A program made the position numbers and the translations under genes. This document shows, piece by piece, positions 37,348 to 56,375 of a DNA stretch of 64,000 nt; position 1 is the first letter of the stretch; every line of letters starts with the position of its first letter. The stretch lies in NCBI RefSeq assembly GCF_009914755.1, contig NC_060934.1, one strand, 5' to 3'. The DNA comes from the human T2T-CHM13v2.0 reference genome, Homo sapiens. The notes below the pieces were generated by a model. That model saw only the letters and a list, made by a program, of their open reading frames with translations, was not told the origin of the DNA and searched no databases.

Positions 37348-38189
37348 CAAGGATTGGCAATGGTAATGGCAATACTTAATAAGCAAATAAGTTAATTACA
37401 AAAATATAATAAGCAAATTAAGAAAATATAATAAAGTCTCTAGCTAACTCATAGGCACTGGAATAAGTAACCCCTCAAGCAAAAAGTTGCTGTGTCTATT
37501 TGCAGTGCTTCAGTAGGGGTAAGCATTCCTTGCATATATCAGATCTTGGCTTGGTACCTACAGTCTTGACTGAGCCACCTAGGGGCTCAAATCCTAGAAC
37601 GTGAATCTGTCTAGTAAGTCTGGCTGTATGATGCAACAGTTGAAGGGACACACTTGTCAATAACAACACCAAAGAATTTAAACAACAAAGAATTTAAAAC
37701 CACCAGAAAGAGCTTTCAATAATAGTTGTGGAAAATTAAAGATACTTGTGATGTAGGAAACAGAAGGTTTTAAAAATCTACTGTTGTATCCAAAATAGTT
37801 TAAAGTTACCATATATCCTTACTAATAAGAAGTTAAAGTAAAACAAGAGAAAGTGTTGAATATAATGCAGACTTCTGCTAAATATTCAACCAGCCTACAA
37901 GATACATCTCTTTTTTCCCCACATATTTTTTTAAAGAAGAGAGCTCAGGGTCAGGTAGACCAGAGGGTAAATTTACCTCAAGAGTCTTGGGCAGGCACAA
38001 GCTTCAAGCATGCTGGGCTCTCAGCAGCAGACTAGTTTGCAATGGGCAGAGATGTTACAGGGAAACGATCCCAAGTCAAGGTCCAGTATGTGTAATAACC
38101 CCAGGATTTATCTGGGCTCGTGCTGGTGTCAAAGATGGTCCAGTCCAGCTGGCAGAGAATGACAACAGAACCATGGCCATGGTAGTTCA

Positions 38190-39418
38190 TAAATGGTGCT
38201 GGGAAAATCAGTTCACCATTTGCAGAATGAAACTGGACCCCTATCTCTCACCATATAGAAAAAGTAACTCAAGATGGATTAAAGACTTCAGCGTAAGACA
38301 TGAAACTATAAAAATCTTGGAAGAAAACCTAGGAAATGCTCTTCTGGACACTGGCCTGGACAAAGAATTCATGACCAAGTCCTCAAAAACAAACACGACA
38401 AAAACAAAAATTGGCAATTAGGACCTAATTAAACTGAAGAGCTTCTGCACAGCAAAAGAAACTATCAACAGAGTGGGAATGGGAGCAAATATTTGCAGAC
38501 TATTAATCTGACAAAGGATTACTCTGCATAATCTATAAGGAAATTAAACCAACAAGAAAAAACAACCCCATTATAAAGTGGGCAAAGGACATGAACAGAC
38601 ACTTTTCAAAAGAAAACATACATGCGGCCAACAAGCATATGAAAAATTGTTCAACCTTACTAATCATCAGAGAAATGCAAATCAAAACCACAATGAAATA
38701 CTATTGCACACCAGTCAAAATAGCTATTATTAAAAGGTCAAAAAATAACAGATGTTGGCAAAGTTGCAGAGAAAAAGCAAGGCTTTATAGATCGTTGGTA
38801 GGAATATAAATTAGTTCAGCCATTGTAGAAAGCAGTTTGGAGATTTCTCAAAGAACTAAAAATAGAACTACCATTGACCTAGCATTCCAATTACTGGGTA
38901 TATAGCCAAAAATAAATAAATAATTCTGCCAAAAAGACACCTGCATTCATATGTTTATTGCAGCACCTTTCACAATAGCAAAGACATGGAATCAACTTAG
39001 ATGCCCATTAATAATAGACTGGATAAAGAGAATGTAGTACATATATGCCATGGAATACTACACAGTCATAAAAAGGAATGAAATCATGTTCTTTGCAGCA
39101 ACATGGATGGAGCTGGAGGCCATTATCCTAAGCAAATTAATGCAGGAACAGAAAACCCAATACTGCGTGTTCTCACTTATAAGTGAAAGCTAAGCATTGT
39201 GTACACACAGACATAAAGATGGGAACAATAGGTACTGGGGGCATCAAAAAAGGGACGGAGGGAGGGAGGGGAGCAAGGGTTGAAAAACTACCTATTGGGT
39301 ACTATGTTCACTATTTGGGTGACAGGTTCAATAGAAGCTCAAACCTCAGCATCACACAATATATCCATGTAACAAACCTACACATGTACTCCCTGAACTT
39401 AAAATAAATAAATAAATA
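38190..39418 (+). mobile_element. 5'-truncated L1 (L1PB4/L1PA16-like) 3' end
   Basis: KWCWEN...[17 protein letters not shown]; 3'UTR and (AAAT)n tail; degenerate TSD catgg(t/c)agt. Confidence 0.9.
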
Positions 39419-40308
39419 CATTTTTAAAAAGATTCATGGCAGTGTCATTGTTGCTAGTGGTATATATCTGGTTAAGAGGAAAAACCTTAGCCATCTCCTG
39501 GGGGACACAATCTTTGAGGAACAGGGTCTGGCAAGGGGTAGGCCAAGTATCAGAGCCTTGCACAACTGACTTGAAGTTCAGGGAAGGCACAAGTCCTTGT
39601 ACAAATAAGAAGACCAAGAGGAAAGCCTAGTGAACACAGCAAGATTAGGAGGAGGCATGTGCATGCTCAGAGTGCCCAAATACTGTGTAGGTTTTCTTGT
39701 AGAAGATTAATCCTCTATCTTGGCAGCAGATGGATAAATCCACTCAATATGGCAGCCTTACTGGGATTGACTGATGAATTCAGTGGTGTTTCTTTAGCCT
39801 GTAAATAAAGGTCCTCATTGCCTACTGCTGAGTGGGACTAAACCATTCTTGCTATAATAGATTTTACCTCTTTCAGGGTTGAAAAAGTGTTGGAGTAGGA
39901 TGGGAATTCTATTGTAATGAATGAAGAACATGCAGTTGAGGTACTACTATCTGTAGAAAGTCTTAGGGAAAAATTTGGTTGCATGACTGCAGCCCACAGG
40001 GTGGTTTATCCAGCTCACTAGACTTAAATGGAGCACCATGAGGTCTATGCCAGGGCTATACTGTTTGATATGATCCTCAGTGACCTGGAAAAGGACACCC
40101 TGACTTCCCTGCTAATGACCTGAGACCTGGGCATGCTTTTGCTTTCTTGCAGTCAGCTTTCTATAAAGCAGGTATCTCATTTGCCTCTTGTTAACAATAC
40201 CAATATGTTATAAATGCAAAGAAGATATTCTCATAAAAATGTGTTGTATGTAAGCATTTATGCATCAAAACAAAATCTATGTCATGGAGGAAAGTGAAAG
40301 ATTTGTTA

Positions 40309-40654
<346 letters not shown>

Positions 40655-40665
40655 CTTCACAACTA

Positions 40666-41010
40666 CAGTCATGCATTGCTTAACAATGGGGATACATTCT
40701 GAAAAATATGTTGTCAAGAGATTTTGTCATTGTGCAAACACTCAGAATGTGCTTAAACGAACCTAGATGGTCTAGCCTACTACACACCTAGGCTACATGG
40801 TATAGTCTATTGCTCTTAGGCTACAAACTTGCACAGCAAGTTCCTGTACTCAATACTGTAGGCAGTTGTAACACAGTGGTATTTGTGTACCTAAACATAT
40901 ATCTAAACATAGGAAAGGTACAGTAAAAACATGGTATTATAATCTTATGGGACCAGCATCATACATGAAGTCCATGATTGACCAAAACATTGTTACGTGG
41001 CACACAACTA
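40666..41010 (+). mobile_element. Tigger3a/MER7-like DNA transposon
   Basis: 'cagtcatgcattgcttaacaatggggatacattctga...cctactacacacctaggct...aatcttatgggacca'. Confidence 0.8.
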
Positions 41011-41428
41011 TTCATAAAAATAATCTCTGTAACTCCATCCTGTTTCCCCAGCATCGGAATCACATCTCCCTTTGGGTGACTTCAGGTACAGCCAAACAAA
41101 GACTCATGACCTTTCCCCATAAATACTCTGCCCTTTCCCATCTCACATCACCCCATCCTGCTCTTCACTCAGGCTGGGCCATTCCTCTCTTAGACAACCT
41201 ACATGAATGGTCATTTCATTTCAAAATTTTCAGTAAAACTCAGTTTTGTTATGAGGGTGAACCTACCTATCTTCTCCCATATACCACCACACTTCGTGTA
41301 TTTTAGTCCATTGAAATACAAACTGCAAGTGTGGAGAATGGAGAGACGGTTTATTAGAGAAGGTAGAATTTGAATGGACTTAAGATGAGTAACATTTTAA
41401 TAAGTATATCTGGGGGAAGGGCATTCGT

Positions 41429-41489
41429 GTCATCATCACCACCATCATCACCATTGTCATCAGCATCATCATCATCACATTCATCACAG

Positions 41490-41490
<1 letters not shown>
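41429..41490. repeat. Imperfect (CAT)n microsatellite
   Basis: catcatcaccaccatcatc... Confidence 0.8.
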
Positions 41491-42020
<530 letters not shown>

Positions 42021-42539
42021 TAAGTGGCACTGCATGAAGAATTGATTGAGCAAACCATAGCAGGAACGGGAGATGGGCAGGGTTTGAACGAAAGCCATAG
42101 GTTCAAATGACTAGATGCTAATAGGTTAATATGACTAGATGCTAATAAAGCCATAGGTTAATATGACTAGATGTTAATATGACTAGATGCTAATAAGGGT
42201 AGAATCAGGCTAAGTTACAGAAGGCTTTGAATTCTTTCACCAAATTTGCTTTTATAGGAGTTACTGTCTGGAGAGTAGAGAGCTTCAAAGGTTTTTTTTT
42301 TGTTTGTTTCAGATAAATGTAATAAAATCTGGCTTTAAGTAGGTGAGTTTGGGAGCAGTGAATAGAATCTACAGATAATGGAAATTCACCAGAACTTGGC
42401 AGTTTTCTTCTTTCTTTTATACTTTATTTAGCTAGTGAATAACTTGGCATCTAGTTAATTTGACTCAAATGCAGACAGTTGAAACAATGTTGTTTGGCAC
42501 CCCCAACAAACAAGAAGAAATAAGAATTCAGGTTATTTT

Positions 42540-42842
42540 GTATTGTTTTATTTTTTGAGACAGGGTCTCACTCTGTCACCCAAGATGGAGTGCAGTGGCA
42601 CCATCATGGCTCACTGCAGCCTACACCTCTTGGCTCAGGTGATCCTCCCACCTCAGCCTCCCGAGTAGTTGGGACTACAGTGGTGCACTACCACACCCAG
42701 CTAATTTTTGTATTTATTTTTTAATAGAGATGGGGTCTTGCTGTGTTGCCAGGGCTGATTTTGAACTCCCAGTCTCAAGCAATCCTCCCACCTCAGCTTC
42801 CCAAAGTTTTGGGATTACAAGCATGAGCTACCATGCCCAGCC
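42540..42842 (-). mobile_element. Alu (AluJ-like)
   Basis: Reverse Alu; TSD-like aagaatt..gtt.ttt. Confidence 0.92.
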
Positions 42843-44384
42843 AAGAATTAAGTTCTTTGTGGACCAGTAAGTATATAATAATAGTGACTCTTGCTAACTT
42901 ATGAAATTATTATTGTCCAAATCTCCTTTTTCCATGACATACATACACCGGCTCCTCTAATTACTGGATGTGTTTATCAGATGCATCTTTATTAAGTAAA
43001 GAAAGAAAAAACAGAATGTTTTGTTTGCATAAATCTTTCCCCTTCATTGCAGGCAGGCTGCAATTAGCAGCCAAGGCAATATTGAAAGGGGCTTAGAAAG
43101 AACAATCAAAGATGTGTGAATTATGGGTATGAATTAAGCCTAATTAAATCTCTTTGCTGAGAGGAATGGAAGAACTAACAGTTACTCACACTTTTCAGCT
43201 GCTTATAGCCAGCTTCCACAAGCGGAACCCTCTGAAGCAAAACTGCAAAAAGCAGAAATTCTGCTCTGGACAAACCTGCTGAAGTTCAATTCTGCATAGT
43301 TTCCAACCCTTGTCTGTTGTATAGCTATCTCAGTAAAATTTGATTGTGGTTAACTAACATAACTCATTAAATTACTGAGTTGTTTAATAAGATACAATTT
43401 GGTTAATATTTTGGCAGCAAATCAAAAAGTATATCCTATATATGTGTTATATTGATATTCTCTTTTCCTTTAAAATAAAATGTATTTGTCCACAGAACCT
43501 CCAACTATTCCAAATATGAGTTTTATTTCAGAATTCTAAATTCCCTGTTTGCTTGATTCAGGAAGTCTCTGTGTTTTTTACCTCGGGGGAACATTTTTCA
43601 GCGAACCCAATTGAGTGTTCATACCAAGAGCTTATGCTTGGAATCTGGCATTTCTCCAGGAATCACTGACCTTGTGCTACTGCCTTAAAAGCAGACCAAG
43701 CATTGTTTTCTAGGCCCAAATTACTTCATTTGTCCACTATCGCTTAGAAGCATGGAGCCTCAATCTAGCTCTTGCCTGTGCTTCTTGAGGAGGATTTTGG
43801 TTTTTCTTTGTAGGTGGCTCTGTCCAGGCTAAGATGGGACAGCTCTCATCTAAGGGACCTACTGCTCAAGCCTATCCACTTTTATAACAGAAAGGCAGAT
43901 AGGATATTCAGAAATATTATTAATACTATAAATATGTCTTGAATCAGCAGTCATTGCTGTAAAGCTGTTGCCAGAGTGTAGAGTCTTGAATCACCTATCC
44001 AGATACTACTTTTGCCAACGCTTCTTTCCTACTTCCCAGATTTCCTTCCTAGTGGAACAATCCCAATAACATAACATTCTGGCTTCTCTCTGCTCTAAGG
44101 AGCTAAACTGACTGGGGAATTTGGAAGGAGAAACTAGGTATACATAGGGAGACTCTCCTGCTTTCACTTGGGAGAAGATCAACTGTTATCCGCTTCTCCG
44201 GAACCCTTTGTGGGAGGACTTCTGTGGTCCTGGGCTGCCTGGCACCATGTGGATTTGTCACTCTGTTTCTGAGGTTCAGTAGTGGGGAGTTCATTTGCCC
44301 ACACTTAAAGGCCACATTTTCCAAAATCAGCCGTTTGAAAATGAAAGTGATATTTATGTCTTTCATCCGCTAACTGATATGTTT

Positions 44385-44684
<300 letters not shown>

Positions 44685-46153
44685 TAATATGTTTTATTTT
44701 ACAATCAATTCAGAATGTGGTTGGTAAAAAGGAGTGTCATTTATTGGGCCCCATATAACACCCAACAACTACTAAAGCAGGACTGAGAAAAGTCATATTT
44801 AATAAAATTAGACAGATTCCCAAGACATTCACTCACTCCTTAAAGCTGTAAAAGTTCTAGCCTAATGTCACATTATATTGACAATATATATCTAGAGCAA
44901 GTTAATGTCAGCCCTCTCAGAATTGCCTTCACTGAGTCAAACATTAATGTTGACTTTTTACTGGAAGTCACTAAGAAAAAGGGCTAAATAATTAACATAT
45001 GTTTCTGCTGACTGTTAATGACAACATTGTCTGTTATATGTCTGTTACTCAATGCTCCTCTTGTTTATTCCATATGGCAAATTTACCTTAGAATTTAGAA
45101 GCAGGAGAATATTGCCTTTACCCAAAAATTTGCATGCTTACTCTGAAAGACAAAGATAACTATGTAACCTATCCTATTTCCCTCTTTTGACTTTGCTATC
45201 AGGAAATTCCAGGCCCAATATATCGCTCAGGCACAGTAACCATCGCAGCTCAAATAAACAGCATGCTTGCTTCCTTCTTTTCAGAGCTTTAATTTCTAAT
45301 TTCCACTTAAATAACATGCACACAATCAGTTTTGTAGGCCACCCCCAAATTCTTTAAAATATCAATCAGGCACAGTTGATATAAAACAAGAGAAAAATAA
45401 AAGTGAAGGACTTCTGGTTTCTATCCAGCATGCAAGGAGCTTAGGAGTCATTACTTCTGAACTCACAACAACAACAAAAAGCTGAACAAATTGAGTATCA
45501 ACAATTCTTCTTTTATCTATGAGAGAATTGAGGTCACAGAGCAATAGATGTACTCATACTACTTCCTGGAGCAGAAACCCAGGAGAAGAGCTTTGGGACT
45601 GTAATTGATGAATTGCTGGAGGCTCAGTTTGGACAAGTCTGAGGGTTAAAAAGAGTCTTAGGAGGCCCTGCACACTTTTGTGAGTTTTGCCCTCAAGAGT
45701 CCTTCCAGGTTCTCACAGTGAAGATTAGAGAAAAATCCCCACGTGCTTCTGGCAGGGGGAGGAAAAATATACCATTTGAAATACATCCAGATAATTCTGT
45801 TCTTCTTCTAACAAGGTCTTTTCTCAAGAGATACTAGTTTACCAGACCCTAACTAACTGGGGTTTTACCAGAGCCTAGCCAATGTGGAAGATGGGAAATA
45901 ACCAATTCTGGCCCATTCTAGCCTTCTTGTCTCCCCTAACTGGGAAACAAATAAAATGAAATTGAGAAGCACCTGTAAACATCACAGCCAAGGGGCACAG
46001 GTTCACTAGAAGACTGAGCTCTAATCAGAGCACTATGGAACACTTCCATTCCCTCTAGGATCTTACCATCTCATCAATAGGGCTCTTGTATAATAACAGG
46101 GGAATATCAGTGAAAGAAATACATTTCTCAAGCCTTATTTAAGAAGAAGTCGG

Positions 46154-46471
<318 letters not shown>

Positions 46472-47009
46472 TCAAAGACAACAACAAAGACTGAAACAAG
46501 AAAACCAGAGAAAACTCTAGCCTTTGACAACCCAGCTAGAGCAAATGGTAGACATAGTCTAACCCCTAACCAGATCAACATAAAATTTCACACTAACAGC
46601 CTATTTATCTCATTTCCTTTTGCCCAGTACATCATGTCTGGCTTTCAAAAAAAAAATAGTTTGAAGAGACAGAACAGGCTTTGAACCAACCTCAGATATG
46701 GCAGAGATATTGAAATCATCAGAGCAGAAATTTAAAAAATGATGATCAATATACTAAAGACTATAATGGAAAAAGTGGACAACATGGAAAAAGAGGTGGT
46801 TAATATAAACAGAGGAATGGAACCTCAAAGAAACAATCAAAAGGAAGTGCTAGAAATAAAACACACTGTAATAGAAAAGAAGAATGCCTTATGGGCTTAT
46901 CAATAGACTAGACATGGCCAGGAAAGAATCATTGAACTTGAAATGTTGATGGAAACTTCCAAAACTGAAAGGCAAAGAGAAAAAGAATAAAAAGTCAAAG
47001 CATAATATC

Positions 47010-47372
47010 TGCATTAGTCTGTTCTCACACTGCTATAAGAAATACCTGAGATGGAGTACTTTATAAAGAAAAAGAGGTTTAATGGACTTACAGTTCCTCA
47101 TGGCTGGGGAGGCCTCACAATCAAGGCAGGAGGCAAAGGAGGAGCAAAGTTACGTCTTACATGGCGGCAGGCAAGAGAGCATGTGCAGGGGAACTGCCCT
47201 TTATAAAACCATCAGATCTCATGAGAATTACTCACTATTACAAGAACAGCATGGGAAAGACCCACCTCCACGATTCAATTACCTCCAACCAGGTCCCTTC
47301 CATGACACATGGGGATTATGGGAGCTACAATTCAAGATGAGATTTGGGTGGGGAAACAGCAAAACCATATCA
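47010..47372 (-). mobile_element. THE1 (MaLR) solo LTR
   Basis: tgcattagtctgttctcac...aaaccatatca with 5-bp TSD atatc. Confidence 0.9.
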
Positions 47373-48075
47373 ATATCCAAGAACTGTGGGACAATTACAA
47401 AAGAGATAACACATGTTTCATGGAAATAAGAAGGAGAAGAAAGAGATAGGATGGAAGAAATACTTGAAGCAATAATGATGAGATGTTCCAAAATTAATGA
47501 TAGACTCCAAACCACAGATCCAGGAAGCTCAGAGAACACCAGGCAGAATAAATACCAAAACAAAAACAAAAACAGACCCTATGCTAGGCATATCATATTC
47601 AAACTACATAAAGTCAAAGACAAAAGGAAAATATTGAAAGATACCAGAAGGGGAAAAATCTTACTATTAAGGAGAAAAGATAAAAATTACGTGGAACTTC
47701 TCTTCAGAAATCATGCAAGCAAGAAGAGAGTTGAGTGAAATAATTAAAATATTGAAGCAAAAATACCACCAATCTAGAATTCTGTTTCCAGCAAAATTTT
47801 CCTTCAAAAGTAAAGGAGACCTCATTTCATGCCCCTTGTGGCACAGAGATAGTGCCGAAGATCTGGGGCCACTTAGCTGCAAGTTGCCTCCAGCAGGTAC
47901 CTGTGGCTCCTAACAGGGCATGCCCACCTCGCCTGTCTACTATCACAGACAGAGATTTGACCTCTTGGGCTGAGAGGCCCCAACCTTTCCTCAAGCTAAA
48001 ACTATGTAGCATTGAGCTACCAGCCAGATGCCTTCCCACAAAGGATCTGTGGTGGCACAGGGCAACTGACATGGT

Positions 48076-49483
<1,408 letters not shown>

Positions 49484-50184
49484 CTGACATGGTGGAACTG
49501 GTTGAACTGGGACTCCCTGCTAGAAGAGAAGAGCAAACAGGTAATCGCCAACCCAAAATTAAAGAAGAGGGAATAGATCTAGGGTCTCAGGAGAAAGAGA
49601 AGGTGGTACAGGTACTGATGTTTCCCCTGCAAGCCCAACATCCCATGGAGAAAATGGAGGAGTTTGTGTACAAGATCCGGGAGGGACATTGGAAGATCAT
49701 CCCAAATGCTGGCTCCCTGACTTGAAGTACACTGATGCCTGCTACATGACAATGGACCACTCACGCCCGCCCTCAGGCTTACTCAAAGAGCATCTCCACT
49801 CCATTCAGAAACTGGCACTGTCTAAAGACATCTGCTTGGTTTCATGCTGGAAATCTTCACCATGCTCAGACGAAATATTCATTTCATGGCCCCATCCACA
49901 GGAGAAGGTGGCTTGGAGAATGCTCTTGTTGGGTGCAGTGCTCTGTCTCAATTTCTCCTAGCTCTTTCATACCACCTATTCTCATTCAGAGAAAGTTTTG
50001 GACATATTCCAAACTGGGCTATTCAGACATCACTCTCCTGATGATGGGGAGCCTTGTCTCTTGGCTGTATTACTCCTTGTACTGTTCCCCAAAACCACGG
50101 CACATCCACCTCTCCACTGCCCTTGTCCTGGGCATTTTTGCACCCTTGTGACACAGCAGAACCCGTTTCCACTCCTAAGCACTA

Positions 50185-50777
<593 letters not shown>

Positions 50778-51094
50778 CCAACTTTCAGAAATCCTGTCAT
50801 GGACTAGAAAGTGGCTATACTGATGTCTTCTTTGAGTCTCACACCCAAGGAACTTCCCAAGTGCCTTTTTTTAAGGGTATATGTGGCCCTCAAATGGCAG
50901 AACATTAAGAATACAGAAAGTAAGAAAATATAGTTAACATAGAAGCCCTGTGAGGAATGAATGGATGCCAAACAGACAAATACAAAATCTAAGAAAACAT
51001 AGGTAGAACACTCAACCCATCATTCTTTCCCAAAATGATAAAAATCCTTGTGGCACTGTGGGACCCATTTCCCACTGTCAGGGGAAAAGTAACG

Positions 51095-52057
51095 CCCCAA
51101 TTCCAGGGCTAGCCAGTTCTTAGAGGTAGTGTAACAGTGAAACAGCAAAGGAACACACATAGCTAACTTCACTTTTGCTTAAGGGGCCTTTACTCATTGG
51201 TGAGTATAGGCAGGGATAATTTTAGAGCATTGAGATAAAATGCAAAAACAGCAATTAAGTAGCTTTTGAAGCTAACTCTGGAATTAAAAGAGAAGTATGT
51301 AAACAACTATGTTTTGTCAAAGCTTTATAGGAACCAGGAAGTTTGGCTAGCATCATATAAGACACCATTACCCAAGGACAAAAGTTTCACAAACCTCCCT
51401 GGACCCTTGCTGGCGCCTAAACATATGCCATTATCAGCCCCCTCCTTTCCTAGACATAAAAGACAAGGCAAAGCCTGCATAATTCTAAGATGGTACTTTA
51501 GGATGCTAGTCTGCCATCTTCTCAGTTTGCTGGTTCTCTGAAATAAAGTCGCTTTCCTTGCTCCAATTCCTTGCTTTCAACTTACTGACTCTTGTGCAGT
51601 AAACAGAATGAGCTTGGACTCAGTTGCAGTAGCAAAGCTTGCCTTTCATGTGCAAACCAACTAATTCACAGTCTATACACCCCAAACATCTCATCTAACC
51701 CACACTCCAAGTCAATATTTCCCCTGCCCTAAATCATCCCAAGGCCAGATAGCAGGATACTGGAGACCACTGTATGACCCAAAGCCCACCAGAGTTATTC
51801 ACACTAGCCAGTCCTAAACGGTTTACTCTGCCCTGCACTGCCTTTTCCACAGAAACCCCAATAAAGGCTGTGGCCTATGGCTTTCCTTGACTCCTTCCTT
51901 CTGACCAAAACTGGTGCTTTCTCCCGTGGCACTGAGTGGCCCTGCATGCCCCCTTCTCTTGGAAAATGTAAGTAATCAATTCTTCTCTCGATAGCATTAG
52001 CCTCTCTGTGTCATCAGTCACCTCATAAATTAAAATCTCATGGGTACAAATGAAACA
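51095..52057 (+). mobile_element. MER74-like (ERVL) LTR interrupted by a second LTR
   Basis: 'ccagggctagccagttcttagag|...gcctttcatgtgcaaaccaac...ccccaataaaggct...tgaaaca'. Confidence 0.7.
51130..51628 (+). mobile_element. ERV1-class solo LTR (MER4-group-like)
   Basis: TGTAAC...GTTGCA, AATAAA at ~51542, perfect 4-bp TSD gtag. Confidence 0.8.
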
Positions 52058-53659
52058 CTGGGATTCTTCAAAAATTCTGTTTCTGGAAGAAAATATCCCA
52101 CTCTAACCCATCTTTTCTTTGTAACCTGGCTTATAATAGAACATTCATATTTTGTTTGTTTTTGTAGCACACTTTCCAAAAACAATCTGGTCCCATCTTT
52201 CTGGGGCTAGATCTGTTTACAAACAGGAAGAAGAAGATGCTTATGGCATTCATGGAAACAATACCACAACATGAACAATGACAATACTAGAATGTACTAG
52301 AATGTGTGATATAAATGATGATCCTGTAAAGGAATGCAGACAAAAGAGAAAGCTTTGTAGAATAAGAAGCTTAACTTCAAGAAGGGCAGGATTTGAAAAT
52401 ACGGTGAAAACTAAGGGGAAGAAAATCCTATTTTTAAATAAGAGAGTTTTCTTAAAATTCTTTTCATGACTTAGGAGCTATGTCTGCTTCAGTAGCCATT
52501 ATTTTTCCATTATCAACAAAAGGAATATGCCCGGGGAGAAAATAACAAAGTAGTAGTTTGACACCATGTTGTATTAAACAATCTGTCATAATTTCTTGCT
52601 TCTTAAATATTAAGCTAATTTAAAAACAGATTATAAAATATTTCTTAGAGAGGTGAAGTTGTCAGGAACAAGTGCAGAGACACAAAAAGTGCCAGGTATT
52701 GGCCAAGTACAACATTTGGTGGTGTCTGAGGATCAAAGCCTATGAGAATGTGAGTTACTCTAGGGAAATGAAAACAGAGAAAGAGACAATGATATGATAA
52801 AAAAGAACTTCAAAAATAGTAAGAGACAAAGTAAAAACAGTGAATAGTATATTTCTTCTTTACAGGTTACTAAGAGATAGTATGAAAACAAAACTTATAA
52901 TCTTGATGTAGAGTAGTCATTTCAATTAGCCAAACTTCCAAGTAGTGAAATAAATTGCACATAACTCAATTTTGCATAATGTGATGTATGTATAATTTAA
53001 TTTCACACAGTATAATGATATATAATTTTACATAATATAAATTCAATACTAGAAGTTCTGTTTTGCTTGTTCTATTGAGCTTCTAGTAATGAATTTATAT
53101 CATCTATTATATTATCAATTTTATTATTTATATCATTATTTATGACTAGCAGTTCAATAGAACAAGAAAATTTGTATGAATACCAAACAATAAATCAATG
53201 TTTCCTTATTCTATGAAATTCTAAGATCCCCTTAAATAACTTCACTTATGTTAATGAATAATCACCCTAGGAAATATATACTGTACTAAAATATAATTAG
53301 TGTTAATATTGAGAAAAAAATAGCAATGTTGCTTAAACGATTTGCTTGTGAAAAAGAGGTTTTCTAGAAACTATGCTAAAATCTAAGATACCAATACAGA
53401 AAAAAGTTAGTAAGGATTTTACTGAAACATGCAATATTATAAAGGATATAGTGTAAACTGATAGATGATACAACTTTCAACTCCAAACTAAACAGAAGTC
53501 AAAAAGTAGTAACTTCAGAGAGGGTAAAAGCATAACAACAAACTACACAGGACGTGAGAATTGCCTCTCAAGTCTCTCAGCATGAAAAACCATATAAACA
53601 AATTTATTTAAGTAAAAAACAGTGTGCTATTTGAAGAGCATGGTGATATTTAACAAATG

Positions 53660-54025
53660 TTAACAAATACATGTTCATCAAATATTTACTAAGCTCCGGC
53701 TGTGAACAAGACAGACTATCTCCACTTTCATTAAGCTTATATTCTACTGGGACAGATAGAGAACAAAAAAGTAAAGAATCAAATGAAGCATATAATTTCA
53801 GATTGAGATAAATGTTATAAAAACAACAAACCAGGAAACAAGACAGAGAGTGGCTGGGGTGTGGTGAGTTGGGGTGCAATTTTAGATACTGTGATCAGAG
53901 AAAATGTCTTTGAGGTTATAGTTGAGGAAAGATCTGAGTCATGAGGAAAAGCCAGCCATATGAACATCTAGGGGCGCGGATTTCCTGGCCAAGGGCATAA
54001 CAGCTATGAAATCCTCTTTGTAAGA
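53660..54025 (-). mobile_element. L2 fragment
   Basis: 'ttcatcaaatatttactaagc', 'agcttatattcta', 'gaaaagccagccatatgaacatctagggg'. Confidence 0.65.
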
Positions 54026-54059
54026 CAAATAGAAAGACAGGTGGATGGATGTATGGACA

Positions 54060-56020
<1,961 letters not shown>

Positions 56021-56375
56021 TTTCAATGTATGCATTTATATCTATAAATTTCCCTAGCACTGCATTCCATAAGTTTTGGCAATGTGGTGTTTTATTTTCA
56101 TTCAGCTCATGGTAGTTTTTAATTACCTTTGTGACCTTTTTTTTGATCCATTGGTTGCCTAAGAATATTTTGTTTGGTTTGCACGTATTTGTGAAATTTC
56201 CAGTTTTCTGTTACTGATTTCTAGTTTTATTTCATTATTATTGGAGTACTTTGTATGACTTCAATATTTTAAAATGTATTAAAATCTGTTCTATGGTTTT
56301 ATGGCCTAACATATGGTCTATCCTGGGGAATGTTGTGCATGCACATGAGAAAAATGTGTATTCTGCTGTTGTCAG
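56021..56375 (-). mobile_element. L1M EN-region fragment, opposite orientation
   Basis: 'ggcctaacatatggtctatcctggggaatgttgtgcatgcacatgagaaaaatgtgtattctgc'. Confidence 0.75.

Noticed and set aside
37987-38421. 144-aa ORF fusing unique sequence to L1 ORF2
   Set aside because: Chance read-through across a 5'-truncated L1 junction, with a non-ATG start.
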